From Peterkaempfera podocarpi (GTDB lineage Bacteria > Actinomycetota > Actinomycetes > Streptomycetales > Streptomycetaceae), in the NCBI RefSeq assembly GCF_042466665.1, contig NZ_CP162102.1, forward strand, positions 7,595,022-7,659,021: a stretch of DNA of 64,000 nucleotides, read 5' to 3'. The notes under the pieces are model-generated. The model saw only the letters and a program-made list of their open reading frames with translations, had not been told where the DNA came from and ran no database searches. This document shows positions 9,380 to 20,145 of this stretch, in pieces; within the stretch, counting starts at the first letter, position 1, and each line of letters opens with the position of its first letter. A program made the position numbers and the translations under genes.

Positions 9380-11173
9380 TCAGGCACTTGCGACGCTGTT
9401 GGAGTAGCCCTTCATGCTGTAAGTGCCGAAGCCGTTCTGCACGGGGTTGCCGCTGTTGTTGATGCAGTGCAGGATGCCTCCGCCGCCCGCGCCGTTGAGG
9501 CAGACGGTCATCAGGTCGGTGAAGACGACGCCCGGGGTGTCGGGGACCTCGTAGGCCCGGTCGGTGTAGATGTCGGCCTCGAGGTTGAAGAAGCAGTAGC
9601 TGCCCAGTCCCCAGGCCAGGTGGTCGGTGACGGAGTCGGCGACCTTGTAGGCGGCGTAGCCGTTGGTGCCGTCGTGGGTCCAGGCGGTCTGGGTGGGGAC
9701 GTCGTAGGGGTGCTCGTTCTGGAAGAAGTAGGTGCGGCCGTGGTTGCCGTTCCAGAGCACCTCGTACTTCTGGTAGTGCTCGACGAAGAGGCCGTAGGCG
9801 GTGACCCGGTCGCCGTTGACGAGGAAGCCGGTGTCGGCGGGGTTGACCGACCAGCCGACACTGCCGTCGTTGCCGTGGTCCGCGCGCCAGGCCCAGATGT
9901 GGTCGACGATCACGTCGTTGCTGTCGATCTGGATGCTGACCGAGGCGCCGCCGGGGACGGCGCCGCCGATGCGGGCGAAGACGTCGAAGAGCGCGGTGGG
10001 CTGGGCGGAGTGGTTCTTCCGGCTGCGGCCGTCGCCGACGCGCAGCAGCACACGGGAGCCGGCGGAGGCGGCCTCGAGGAGCACACCGGCGATGGAGACG
10101 TCACCGATGTCGTCGACCTCTATGAGCGAGTTGCCATGGGTCGCCTGGAGGGTGGCCAGGCCCAGGCCGAGGACGACGGTGCCGGGGCGGGACACCTGCA
10201 GCGCGGAGGAGAGCTGGTAGATGCCGGGGGTGAGCAGCAGGTGCTGCCCCTGGGAGAGGGCCCGGTTGAGGGTGGCCGCGGAGTCGCCGGGGCGGGCCAC
10301 GTGGAAGCGGGACAGCGGGATGCTGTGTCCGGCGGCCTGGCCGGAGGCCCAGGTGGTCCCGGTGGAGTTGCGGCGCAGCGCGGGCACGAAGACCTGGTAC
10401 GAGCCGTGGCGGTCCACGGTGAGGAACGGCTTCTCCCGGACGGCGGGGGTGTGGTCGACCGTGGTCATGGGAGGGGTGGGGAAACTCTGGGCGGGAGCGC
10501 CCTGGACGCCGACGAAGACCATGTTCCAGTTGGAGCCGGTCCAGCTGCCGAAGGTGTCGTTGCGGGACAGCCACTGCTGCTGCGAACCCGACTCGACCTG
10601 TCCGTCCACCATGCTGTCGGCCAGGAACCCGCCGCTGGACCAGCGGTTGCCGGGCGGGCTGGGCCACAGGGTCATGTTCCCCTTGACGTGGGTGCGGCGC
10701 ATCGGGGCCGCCTGGGAGACCGCCCAGCGCTCCAGGCCGTCCGGCGGGACGATGCACAGGTTCTCGGCGCTGCGCCAGAAGTTCTGGGTGCCGTTGCCGC
10801 CCAGCCACTGGGCGTCGACCGTGACATGTCCGTTGATCACGACGTCGTCGGGGCTGTCGCCGAGCCCGAGTACGTGGGTGTAGAAACCGACGTTGATGTC
10901 GACGTTGTAGGTGCCGGGCTTGAAGGCCAGGGCGTACCGCTCGGTGCCGAACTGGTTGGACTGCTGGACGTTGAACACAGCGTCAACCTGGGCCTGGATC
11001 GCCGCATCGCCCATGGAGGGGTCGAAGACCAGGACATTGGCGCCCAGGTCAGTGGTTCGGCAGGCAGGTGCCGCGGCGGAGGCCGCTCCGGTGGACAGGG
11101 CGCCGGCCAGTGGCAGTGTGGCGGCGACCGCCGCACCTCGGAGCACGGTGCGGCGGCTGGGGGTGACGGACAT
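9380..11173 (-). CDS. Tat-secreted protein with two tandem parallel beta-helix (pectate-lyase-superfamily-like) domains; probable GH55-like glycoside hydrolase
   Basis: Internal ATG with AGGGAG RBS; twin-arginine signal MSVTPSRRTVLRGAAVAATLPLAGAL; two repeats of the G-x-Y-x-L...LGLG start motif (GTYNVDINVGFYTHVLGLGDSP; GIYQLSSALQVSRPGTVVLGLGLATL). The family assignment is from memory only. Confidence 0.55.
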   Translation of the reverse strand: MSVTPSRRTVLRGAAVAATLPLAGALSTGAASAAAPACRTTDLGANVLVFDPSMGDAAIQAQVDAVFNVQQSNQFGTERYALAFKPGTYNVDINVGFYTHVLGLGDSPDDVVINGHVTVDAQWLGGNGTQNFWRSAENLCIVPPDGLERWAVSQAAPMRRTHVKGNMTLWPSPPGNRWSSGGFLADSMVDGQVESGSQQQWLSRNDTFGSWTGSNWNMVFVGVQGAPAQSFPTPPMTTVDHTPAVREKPFLTVDRHGSYQVFVPALRRNSTGTTWASGQAAGHSIPLSRFHVARPGDSAATLNRALSQGQHLLLTPGIYQLSSALQVSRPGTVVLGLGLATLQATHGNSLIEVDDIGDVSIAGVLLEAASAGSRVLLRVGDGRSRKNHSAQPTALFDVFARIGGAVPGGASVSIQIDSNDVIVDHIWAWRADHGNDGSVGWSVNPADTGFLVNGDRVTAYGLFVEHYQKYEVLWNGNHGRTYFFQNEHPYDVPTQTAWTHDGTNGYAAYKVADSVTDHLAWGLGSYCFFNLEADIYTDRAYEVPDTPGVVFTDLMTVCLNGAGGGGILHCINNSGNPVQNGFGTYSMKGYSNSVASA

Positions 11174-11727
11174 GACTCTCCCTGGCGTGGTGGGGTGGAG
11201 AGGGGTGGCGCTGGTCATCGGATACAAGAGAGCGCTCTCGGGGGGGAAGTGAAGCATTGGGGCCGAGTGGCGTCAATAGCCTGTAGACAATGGTGCTTCC
11301 GCAGCTGATGTGTGTTCAATTGATGAAGAGCTACCGAGCCGTCGCCGGCGGTGCCTCCGGCCGTGGACGCCGGATCGCAGCGGCTCGATCCGGCTCGGGG
11401 CGGGTGGTCCTCGGTGGGTCGCCGTGATGCCCCTGGAGCGTGGCGGTCCTCCCCGATCTCCCTCCATGTGCCGCATCCATGGCGATGCGATGGCATTGAC
11501 GGCCGGCGGCCGGGCCGTCGGCGGGTGCTTCGACCGCGCAGTGTCGACAAGTTGATGGAATCTCGCGGTCGCAACCCAGCGCTGACGCACCGTCATGCGC
11601 GATCACCGTCCCCGGCTGCTACGGGAGCGCTCACGAAAAATGGTTGCGTCTGCAGCGATAGCTTCGGTAGAAACTTACAAACCTTTGTGCCCCGTTCGGA
11701 TCCGCCGGAACGAGAGAGCTGACCTGC

Positions 11728-13605
11728 ATGCGCTCACCGTCCGCACCATCACGCGTCGCCCGAGAACGCCTCCATCTGTTGAAGCTCCTACGGCACGCCT
11801 CGCGATCGGCTGTCGCCACCAGCATCCTCGTCCAACTGGCAGTCGGGGCAGCGCCGCTGGCGTTCATGGTGTTCAGCAGCGCGGCTGTGGGGCACGTGGG
11901 CGCGGCCGCGGCCGGCGGGACCGGGTCGGCGGCATGGGGGCAACTCCAGACGGCCATGGGGCTGGCGGCGGGTGCCCTGGTGGTGGGGCAGGTGCTGGCG
12001 CCGGTGCAGCGGATGCTGGCGTGGGTGATCCAGTACCGGGTCGACGCCGACATCTACCGGCGGCTCATGGCCACCAACTACTCCGCGCCGGGGATCGCCG
12101 TCATGGAGCGCCCTGAGGTCCGATCGGCGCTGGACGAGGCGGTCGCCGGGATGCGGCGGTTCGCGACCCCCGGCGCGGCCGCGGCGGCGTCGCTGACGCT
12201 GCTGGCCCGGTACACCGGCTTCGTGGGGGCGCTGGCCCTCATCGGGGTCCGATTCAGCTGGCTCGGGGCGGCGGCCGCCGGGATCGGCGGCCTGGTGCTG
12301 CGGGTCACCCACCGGCGCGGGGCGAACGCCTACTCCACGGCGATCGTCGACACCATTGCGCAGCGGCGGCGGCACTTCTTCCTGTCCGACCAGTGCCTGA
12401 GCCCCGCGATCGGGAAGGAGTCACGGGTCTTCGGGCTGGCCGGGTGGCTGGCCGACCGCGGTGAGGAGGAAGGGCTCGGCTACTTCCGGATGCTGTGGGG
12501 CATCCGCTCCGGTGCCTTCATCCGGCCCTTTGTGCTGGCTGCGACGGTGACGACCGTGGGTGGGGCACTGGCGTTGGCGGGACTGGCGTGGCCGGCCGTC
12601 GGCGGGGGGCTGTCCGTGGGCTCGACCATGCTGGTCGCGCAGGCGGTGATCGGCGCGCTCGGTATAGGCGCGAGTTTCGACGAGTCGGACTACATCATCT
12701 CGTACGGCCTCACCTGCCTGCGCCACATCGAGCAGGTGGAGGCGGCGACGGCCGCCGCGCAGCCCGTGCCGGCAGCCGACGGCCTCCCTGCGGTCCCGGC
12801 CCCGCCGGTGGCCGAGTCGATCCGCTTCGAGGACGTCGTCTTCGCCTACCCGGGCGCGGACCGGCCGGTACTGTCCGGTTTCACGCTGGATCTGAGAGCC
12901 GGAACGTCACTGGCGGTGGTCGGCGTCAACGGCGCCGGAAAGACCACGCTGATCAAGCTGCTGTGCCGGTTCTACGAGCCGCAGTCCGGCCGGATCAGCG
13001 TGGACGGCGCCGATGTCAGGGATTTCGACGCCGCCCAGTGGCAGCGCCGGGTCGCCGCTGTCTTCCAGGACTTCGGCCGCTACCCGCTCTCGGCCGCCGA
13101 CAACATCGGCTTCGGTGCGGCCGAGCTGGTCGCGGACCGGGCAGCGGTCGCCCGCGCCGCGGAGCGCGTCGCTGCCGCCGGTTTCCTCGAAGGCCTGGAC
13201 CGGGGACTGGACACCACGCTCAGCCGCAAGTACCAGGGCGGCACCGATCTGTCGGGCGGACAGTGGCAGCGGGTGGCGCTCGCCCGGGCGATGCTCGCGG
13301 TGGACGGCGGCGCCTCGGTCCTGATCATGGACGAGCCGACCGCCAGCATGGATGTGCGCGCCGAGGCGGAGTTCATCGACAACTTCCTGGATCTGACGCG
13401 TGGGACGACCACTGTCGTGGTGTCGCACCGGTTCGCCACCGTCCGCCGGGCCGACCGGATCGTGGTGCTCGACGGCGGCCGCATCGCCGAGGACGGCACC
13501 CATGCCGAACTCATGGAGCTCGACGGGCAGTACGCGCGCATGTTTGCACTGCAGTCCGCCCGGTTCGCCGTGGCAGCCGGTGCGGGAACGGAGAACGGGT
13601 CATGA
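11728..13605 (+). CDS. ABC transporter, fused permease/ATP-binding subunit (exporter type), first of a heterodimeric pair
   Basis: Six-TM N-terminal domain; Walker A GVNGAGKTT, signature LSGGQWQRVALARAM, Walker B VLIMDEPT. Confidence 0.85.
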   Translation: MRSPSAPSRVARERLHLLKLLRHASRSAVATSILVQLAVGAAPLAFMVFSSAAVGHVGAAAAGGTGSAAWGQLQTAMGLAAGALVVGQVLAPVQRMLAWVIQYRVDADIYRRLMATNYSAPGIAVMERPEVRSALDEAVAGMRRFATPGAAAAASLTLLARYTGFVGALALIGVRFSWLGAAAAGIGGLVLRVTHRRGANAYSTAIVDTIAQRRRHFFLSDQCLSPAIGKESRVFGLAGWLADRGEEEGLGYFRMLWGIRSGAFIRPFVLAATVTTVGGALALAGLAWPAVGGGLSVGSTMLVAQAVIGALGIGASFDESDYIISYGLTCLRHIEQVEAATAAAQPVPAADGLPAVPAPPVAESIRFEDVVFAYPGADRPVLSGFTLDLRAGTSLAVVGVNGAGKTTLIKLLCRFYEPQSGRISVDGADVRDFDAAQWQRRVAAVFQDFGRYPLSAADNIGFGAAELVADRAAVARAAERVAAAGFLEGLDRGLDTTLSRKYQGGTDLSGGQWQRVALARAMLAVDGGASVLIMDEPTASMDVRAEAEFIDNFLDLTRGTTTVVVSHRFATVRRADRIVVLDGGRIAEDGTHAELMELDGQYARMFALQSARFAVAAGAGTENGS

Positions 13606-15425
13606 CCGCTGCCATCGAGCCGGGAGCGGAGGGTCGGCTCCAAGGCCTCCGCGACGCCCTCGCCACCTGCTGGACGCTGCTGCGGGAGGATCCGGCCCGC
13701 GGTGTCGGCGGTGCCCTGATGATCTTCTCGGGCGCGATCTCCGGTCCACTCCTCGGCCTGGCGCTGGCCGCGCTGGTGGGGGCCGGCGCGGAGGGCCGCT
13801 TCGGTGCCGCGGCCCTCGCGGGATGCTGGGTCGCCGTGCTGGCCGTCATCCAGCTGACCATGGGCCACTTCACCACGATGGTGTTCGGCGTGCTGGGGGA
13901 GCGGGCCATCCTGGCCACCACAGCGCGACTGGTGCGGGCCACGCAGGACGGTACGACGCTCGACCGTCAGGAGGACCCCGAGTTCGCCGACGAGATGTCA
14001 CTGCTCAGGCAGGACGTCTTCGCGCTGCACTATGTGGTGCAAGGTCTGCTGGAGACGCTGGCGGTCGTCGTCCAGATGCTGGTGACCGTCGTTCTGCTGG
14101 GGCGGCTGCAGCCGCTGCTCATGTTCCTTCCCCTTGCGGCGCTCGCCCCCTACTTCGCCGGCCGCCACGCCACCGAGCTGGTCGAGCGCACCCGCAAGGA
14201 GGTCGAGCCGGAGCAGCGCAAGGCCCATGACCTGCTGACGCTCACTCAGCAGCCCGGCCCGATGATGGAGATCCGCCTTGCCGGGCTCAGCCTGGAACTG
14301 GCCCGCCGCCAGGGGGAACTGATCAACGGCGTCGCTGCTCGGACCCGCCGCGCAGAGGCCGTGGCGGCACTGGTCCGCACCGCGGGACAGGTGGTGTTCG
14401 GGGCGGCCTACGGTCTGGCCCTGCTGCTCGTGGTCCGCGACGCGGTCGCCGGACACTCCGGAGCAGCCGATGTGGTCCTCGCCATCGTGCTGGCACGGCA
14501 GGTCGCTGTCGGAGTCACCCAGATCCTCAGCCTCACCCTCGACATGCAGCGCGCCGGGAAGATCGGTGCACGGATGCGCCGGGTGCTGGGCGCTGCCCGC
14601 GAGGACGCGGCCATGACCGGCGGCACGGGCGCCGCGCCGCAGGCGCTGCGCGACGGCATACGGCTGGAGGGTGTCTCCTTCCGCTATCCCGGTACCACCA
14701 GGGACGTGGTGAGCGGCCTGGACCTGGCGCTGCCCGCCGGCTCGGTGGTCGCGCTCGTGGGTGAGAACGGCGCGGGCAAGAGCACCCTGGTGAAGCTGCT
14801 GTGCGGGCTGTACCGGCCGAGCGCGGGACGCGTCCTCATTGACGGGAGAGACCTGGCGGAGCTGGATGCACAGGCCTGGCGGGACGTCACGTCCGCTGCC
14901 TTCCAGGACTTCGTCCGCTTCGAGTTCCCGGTGCAGCAGGTCGTGGGCATCGGCGATCTGCCCAGTGCCGAGGACGCGGCCGCAGCCCGCAGGGCGCTCC
15001 GCGACGCCGGAGCCGAGGGCGTACTGACGGAGCTGCCGGACGGTCTGGAGACCCGGATCGGCACCAGCTTCCCCGACGGCCGGGACCTGTCGGGCGGCCA
15101 GTGGCAGAAGCTGGCCCTGGGCCGGGCGATGATGCGCCGCAGCACGGTGCTCATGGTGCTCGACGAGCCGACGGCAGCCCTCGACGCACAGTCGGAGCAC
15201 CTGTTGTTCGAACGCCATCTGGAGAGCGCGCGCCGGGCGGCCGAGGCGCGCGGCGCGATAGCCCTGTTTGTCTCGCACCGGTTCTCCACGGTCAGCATGG
15301 CCGACCGGATCGTGGTGCTCGACGACGGTTCCGTCACCGAGCAGGGGACCCACGCGGAGCTGATGTCGGCGGGCGGACGGTATGCGTCGCTCTTCGACCT
15401 CCAGGCACGGGGGTACCGCTCGTAG
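13602..15425 (+). CDS. ABC transporter, fused permease/ATP-binding subunit, second of the pair (ATGA start-stop overlap with the first)
   Basis: Internal ATG of ORF 12495..15425 in frame; Walker A GENGAGKST, signature LSGGQWQKLALGRAM, Walker B LMVLDEPT. Confidence 0.85.
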   Translation: MTAAIEPGAEGRLQGLRDALATCWTLLREDPARGVGGALMIFSGAISGPLLGLALAALVGAGAEGRFGAAALAGCWVAVLAVIQLTMGHFTTMVFGVLGERAILATTARLVRATQDGTTLDRQEDPEFADEMSLLRQDVFALHYVVQGLLETLAVVVQMLVTVVLLGRLQPLLMFLPLAALAPYFAGRHATELVERTRKEVEPEQRKAHDLLTLTQQPGPMMEIRLAGLSLELARRQGELINGVAARTRRAEAVAALVRTAGQVVFGAAYGLALLLVVRDAVAGHSGAADVVLAIVLARQVAVGVTQILSLTLDMQRAGKIGARMRRVLGAAREDAAMTGGTGAAPQALRDGIRLEGVSFRYPGTTRDVVSGLDLALPAGSVVALVGENGAGKSTLVKLLCGLYRPSAGRVLIDGRDLAELDAQAWRDVTSAAFQDFVRFEFPVQQVVGIGDLPSAEDAAAARRALRDAGAEGVLTELPDGLETRIGTSFPDGRDLSGGQWQKLALGRAMMRRSTVLMVLDEPTAALDAQSEHLLFERHLESARRAAEARGAIALFVSHRFSTVSMADRIVVLDDGSVTEQGTHAELMSAGGRYASLFDLQARGYRS

Positions 15426-15687
15426 CCCCCGCTGAGCGGGACCATCCCGCGTTGTGCCCGGCGAAGGCCTGGTCCGTCCAGGTCTGATCCGGCGCGGGGG
15501 GAGGGGACGGTCTGCGCGCAGGGCCCTGTGCGGCTGCCGGTCGGTGCGGCTCGGTGGCCGGCCGTGCTGCCTTGACCGCCCGGCCCGCGCACGGACGACG
15601 CGCTCGCCCCGCCTCGCCCCGCCTGCGCCCGAGGAGCGCCCGGACCAGGATGCTGCCGGACGAGGATGCTGCCGGACCGCGCCCCCG

Positions 15688-16521
15688 TCAGTGGGCCGGT
15701 GCGGCGGCAGCCTCGGTCGTCGGCCGGCCGGGCGGGGTGCTCCCGGGGTCGGGGCCTGCCTGCGGCCACGAGTGCGGAGCAGGCGGGAGCGTGGCCAGGA
15801 TGTCGTCGTGGCGGCAGGCCGGGCCCGGTCCCGGATGTCCACGGGGCCGGCCGGCCGCCCGCCGGTCGCGGTCCCGGTGTGCGCCCTGCCCGACGGCGCT
15901 GTGGACAGCGCGTGCCAGCCGGGACCCCCACAGGGACCGGGGGCCGCCGAAGGGGTCCGGCTCCTCGCCGGGCCGAGGTGCACGGACCGCCACACAGACG
16001 GCGTCCGACGGCGTCCCGGAGCAGGAGTACCCGGCGTCCAGCAACGCCTGGACCTTCGCCTCGGTGGCGGTCGCCAGCAGGTTGACCAGGGCGGCGTCGG
16101 ACACCGGCGCGGGGACCACGGCCAGGATGTTGATCGTGCCCGGAACGTGTCCGGACCGGTGCGGCGGCCGCTCGGAGGCTGCCGCCCAGGTGGGCACGCC
16201 GATCCCGGAGGTGACGACGGCGGTGGCGCCGGTGTCCTCGGCCCAGGTGACGTCATCGACCTCGGCGGCGGTCATCAGCCCGACGCCCGGCCCGGTCAGC
16301 CCTTCGGCCGCCGCGAGTCCGGCGAGGTGGCGGTCCGGGTCGAGCCGGCTGTACCCGGGGCGGACATGGGCGTTGAGCACCCACTGCCGCTGACCGATCC
16401 CACCCCCGAGGACGGCACTGCTGACCATGCGCCAGCCCGGTCCCGCACGCCACACAAGCAGGTGCCTGCAGGCGTCGTCCTCGAACCTCGCCGACCGCCC
16501 CACCACCGGATACCCCACCAA
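15688..16521 (-). CDS. Adenosylcobinamide amidohydrolase (CbiZ)-like family protein
   Basis: Motifs SSAVLGGGIG, LNAHV, VVTSGIGVP, GTINILAVV, ATATEAKVQALLDAGYSCSGTPSDAVCVA resemble CbiZ; the C-terminal 90 aa are low complexity. Confidence 0.5.
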   Translation of the reverse strand: MVGYPVVGRSARFEDDACRHLLVWRAGPGWRMVSSAVLGGGIGQRQWVLNAHVRPGYSRLDPDRHLAGLAAAEGLTGPGVGLMTAAEVDDVTWAEDTGATAVVTSGIGVPTWAAASERPPHRSGHVPGTINILAVVPAPVSDAALVNLLATATEAKVQALLDAGYSCSGTPSDAVCVAVRAPRPGEEPDPFGGPRSLWGSRLARAVHSAVGQGAHRDRDRRAAGRPRGHPGPGPACRHDDILATLPPAPHSWPQAGPDPGSTPPGRPTTEAAAAPAH

Positions 16522-17003
16522 CCCTCCACTTCCGTCCCCGCTTCGGCGTCATGACGAGCTCCCATCATCCCCAGCGGCCCCGGACGGCGCGGACCGGGGC
16601 GGCCCCACCGCGCGGCACGGGTTCGAGGGCGCGGTGCTCCGGACAGTCCCGGCCCGCCCGCATCTCACTCCGCCGCGGCCTCTGCGGTGCCCGCTCAGCC
16701 CTGGACCGGACCCGCGGCGAGCAGGAGGGGCCGGGTATGTGCTCCACCGCTCTGCCGCCTGTGGCCCGACAACCGGGCGGCGGAGCGCTGCGCGGGCACC
16801 GCGGGCCGGGCCGTCCTACGCTGGGGGAGGAGTCACCGTGCCGCCGGGCACAGAGAGCGGGCCGGACCCCCGGCCAGGCATGCCGCACATTGCGCGGGTT
16901 GCCCGGACAGCCTTCGCTGTCGGCTCGGCTCGGGGCCGTACGCAGGCCCGGCCGCCGCCGGCCCGCCCGTCGGCCTGTCCGTTCGTCGAGGGAGGTCAGC
17001 GTG

Positions 17004-17441
17004 ATGCGCTCACCATGGCCGGAACGCCGCCGCATCGTCGTGCTCGTGCTGGCCGCAGCCCTGCTGCCGGTGGCCGGCCCGAGCGTGGCGGGCGGGCAGC
17101 CGCCGATCCTCCTGGACGACCTCTCGCAGATGCCGGCCGCCCGGCCGGTCACGTTCACGGTGACGAGCACGGTCGCGCTCAGCGGACTGCGGTGGTCGAA
17201 CTGGGGCGCCCCGACCGCGACCGCCCGTGGCAGCCTGGGCATCAACACCTGTCGGCCCGACTGCGCACAGGGCCGCGTACGGGTGCTGCCGGGCGCCGAA
17301 CTCCAGGTGCAGGGGGTACGGATCGACCAGGGGCTCCGCTACTACGGGCAGTACAGGATCCTCGACCAGGCGTTCTCGCCCGAGGACCGGGCGCAGTACT
17401 CGCGGTGGACCAAGGCGTACGTCCCCAGCGACTTCCGCTAG
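17004..17441 (+). CDS. Small secreted hypothetical protein (145 aa)
   Basis: GGAGG RBS then GTGATG; signal peptide MRSPWPERRRIVVLVLAAALLPVAGPSVAG; rest hydrophilic and coding-like. Confidence 0.45.
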   Translation: MRSPWPERRRIVVLVLAAALLPVAGPSVAGGQPPILLDDLSQMPAARPVTFTVTSTVALSGLRWSNWGAPTATARGSLGINTCRPDCAQGRVRVLPGAELQVQGVRIDQGLRYYGQYRILDQAFSPEDRAQYSRWTKAYVPSDFR

Positions 17442-17936
17442 CGGTGCGAGGCCGGCCGATTGTCCGTGCCGGTCGTCCGTGGATGGTGGCAGGCACGTGG
17501 TCCAAGACCTGCTGTGTGGCGGGGCAGCCAGCGGTCCGTCTCCCACCGGTCCTCAAGGCCGGAGTTCCATCAGGAGCTCGTTCTGGACTCCCTGGATGCA
17601 TACCCGCCGGGAGCAACCACTCGCCGCTCGTCGCAACACATGGGGAACGAACTGCGCTGCGAAAGACCCTGGTTGAGGCTTGACCACTGTGGAATGAGGC
17701 GATGCACAGAGTGGGCATATCGTCCACCGTCTGTTCCGGATTGGGGGACTGACGGTTCATCGGCCTGCGGAGGCGGTGGCGGTGTCGGTGCCCACGGGAG
17801 CGTTCGGGTCGGTCCGCCGTGCGCCGCGCCACTGTGATCCCGGTCACTCGACCCCCGCTTTCCCCTAGGTACCTATTGGCTCCCCGGAAGTAGCTTCAGT
17901 GAGTCGGAACACGGAACGTGAACAAGGGGAGTGACC

Positions 17937-18755
17937 ATGATCGTGGTGACGGGAGCAACGGGGAATGTCGGGCGGCCTCTTGTGCAGGCCCTTGTCGAGG
18001 CGGGTGAGCAGGTGACGGCTGTCTCGCGCAAGGCGGCCGAGGTGCCCGAGGGAGTCAGGTTCCACCAGGCCGATCTGACCGAGCCGGAGAGTCTCAAGCC
18101 CGCCCTTGAGGGAGCCGAGGCGCTGTTTCTGCTGACCTCTCCCGATTTCATGGCGAACGGCAATCTCGGTGATGTCATGGATGTTGTCCGGGGGTCCGGT
18201 GTCCGCCGGGTCGTGTTGCTGTCGTCCCAGGGCGTGGGTACAAACCGGCACCCCTCGGGTCTGGAGGACGCCGTCAAGCAGTCGGGGCTGGAATGGACGA
18301 TGCTGCGGCCGGGCGCCTTCGCCTCCAATGCGCTGCAATGGGCCGACTCGCTCCGAACGCAGCGCATGGTCGCGGCGCCCTTCGGCGACGTCGTGATGCC
18401 GGCCGTCGACCCGGCCGACATCGCCGAGGTCGCCGCCGTCGCACTGCGCGAGCGAGGCCACGCCGGCGAGATCTACACGCTCACCGGCCCGGTGGCGATC
18501 TCGCCCCGGCAGCAGGCCGTAGCGATCGGGGACGCCTTGGGCGAGCAGGTACGGTTCGTCGAGCTGAGCCGTGCGGAGGCGCGGGCTGGGATGTTGGCGT
18601 ACATGCCCGAGCCGGTGGTGGAGGCCACCCTCGACGTCCTCGGTGCACCGTCTGTCGCCGAGCAGCGCGTCAGCCCTGATGTCGAGCGGGTCCTCGGCCG
18701 TCTGCCGCGTACCTTCGCGGAGTGGGCGGTCCGCACCGTCGAGGCCTTCGCATGA
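17937..18755 (+). CDS. NmrA-like / NAD(P)H-binding atypical SDR family protein
   Basis: GGGGAG RBS; MIVVTGATGNVGRPLVQAL Rossmann motif. Confidence 0.75.
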   Translation: MIVVTGATGNVGRPLVQALVEAGEQVTAVSRKAAEVPEGVRFHQADLTEPESLKPALEGAEALFLLTSPDFMANGNLGDVMDVVRGSGVRRVVLLSSQGVGTNRHPSGLEDAVKQSGLEWTMLRPGAFASNALQWADSLRTQRMVAAPFGDVVMPAVDPADIAEVAAVALRERGHAGEIYTLTGPVAISPRQQAVAIGDALGEQVRFVELSRAEARAGMLAYMPEPVVEATLDVLGAPSVAEQRVSPDVERVLGRLPRTFAEWAVRTVEAFA

Positions 18756-18903
18756 GTCGTCGGCTGCCGTGTGGATCGCCCCCCGGTGACGTGGGACCGC
18801 AACTGGGACCAGGGGCGACGTCCCTGGTCGCGCAGCAGACGATCCAGCACGGTCTCGACGCCGGAACGCCCTTATCGGCGGGTCGTCATCTCTGGGCGGA
18901 TCA

Positions 18904-20145
18904 CTAGCGGGCCGGCCAGGCGGCGGTGATCGCGGCCGCTGACTCCTCGACCGTGCGGTCGTCCGTGTCAATGCGCAGATGGCCCAGCGCGGCCCGCTCC
19001 AGGGCTCCGGCTGTCGCGGCTGCCTCGTCGGCGATACGGAGCAACTCTGCGGTTGGTCTGCCCTTCAGGGGGTCGCCCGGTGCGGGCCAGCTGCCGCCCT
19101 GGCCGCGGAATTTGATCCGTTCGGTCAGGGCGGTGCGGCTCGCGTGCAGGCGACACATCGTGATGGCGGCCTCGGGCAGTGCAGCGGTGTACAGCCTGAC
19201 AGCCGCCTCGTCCTCGACCGAGCCGTTGACGATGAGGACCTCGGCGCCGGCGTCGCTGTATGCGTGCCACAGGGCAGCCAGGTTCCTTGCCGTGAGCCGG
19301 TGGTTGGCGAGGTCCTCGGGCTGGGCGGGACGGAGGAAGGCGAGTTGGTCGAGTTCAACGTACGCGGTACGGGCGGAGCCGCGGATGCGCTGGTAGACCT
19401 GCCAGCCGATGGTCGACTTGCCGACTCCGGTGGGGCCGAACAGCCACAGCACCCGGGCGCCGACCGCAGGGGTCCTTGACTTTGGCGAGGATGCGGCGCG
19501 GTCGGTTGAGCGGCTGGGCCGACCGGGGAGCAGCGGCGCGGACGAGTCCCCGGCACTCGGCTCCGCGAGGCGTCGTCCTGGGCCGGTCCGGTCGCCGATG
19601 TGCTCCGTAACCTGCCGGACAACCTCCGCCACTTTCAACCCGGTCGTATCGATGCACACGTCGCCGAAGCCGCTCACGTCCATGACGTCTGCCTCGTCCA
19701 GCGTCTCCTGCACTCGATGCGTCTGCATTCCGCGCCCTGTGAACCTCTGCGCCAGCTCCGCCCGGTCGGCACGCAGCCGGCATACCGTCAGGTGGGTGCG
19801 GGGCAGTTCGTCCGCATACACGCCCTGTACCGGATCCACGACTCCTGACACCACCACGCACCGGGCGCCCCCCTCACGGAAGTTCGCCAGCACTGCAGCG
19901 AGGTTGCGCGTCTTCATCCGGTGGAGTTCCGGGTCTTCGGGGGGCCCGGGCAGGAAGATGCCCAGGTGGTCGATGTCGACATAGCCGGCGGGGAGCCCTG
20001 ATGCGGTGAGCCGGGAGAAGAGTTCCCAGCCCACCGTGGTCTTGCCGACGCCCGCCGGCCCGCAGAGCCACAGGACCTGGAGCGGATCGGGTGCATGCAG
20101 CATGGCAGGGATTGTCACGGGCACGTGGCGAGCACGTCGACTCAA
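18904..20145 (-). CDS. Protein with two tandem P-loop NTPase/kinase-like domains (TmrB / CPT / AAA_33-like)
   Basis: Two internal repeats of about 190 aa, each with a Walker A motif (VLWLCGPAGVGKTTVGW and VLWLFGPTGVGKSTIGW), a conserved D (YVDIDHLG / YVELDQLA) and RNLAA. Confidence 0.65.
   Translation of the reverse strand: MSRRARHVPVTIPAMLHAPDPLQVLWLCGPAGVGKTTVGWELFSRLTASGLPAGYVDIDHLGIFLPGPPEDPELHRMKTRNLAAVLANFREGGARCVVVSGVVDPVQGVYADELPRTHLTVCRLRADRAELAQRFTGRGMQTHRVQETLDEADVMDVSGFGDVCIDTTGLKVAEVVRQVTEHIGDRTGPGRRLAEPSAGDSSAPLLPGRPSRSTDRAASSPKSRTPAVGARVLWLFGPTGVGKSTIGWQVYQRIRGSARTAYVELDQLAFLRPAQPEDLANHRLTARNLAALWHAYSDAGAEVLIVNGSVEDEAAVRLYTAALPEAAITMCRLHASRTALTERIKFRGQGGSWPAPGDPLKGRPTAELLRIADEAAATAGALERAALGHLRIDTDDRTVEESAAAITAAWPAR

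Noticed and set aside
12495-15425. 976-aa ORF start at 12495
   Set aside because: The in-frame ATG at 13602 with an ATGA overlap to the upstream ABC gene gives a canonical 607-aa half-transporter; the upstream extension is an alternative-frame artefact.
16427-17683. 418-aa and other long ORFs spanning 16400-17700
   Set aside because: Only the 17004..17441 segment (signal peptide + hydrophilic domain, GGAGG RBS) looks coding; the remainder is R/P/G-rich alternative-frame noise.
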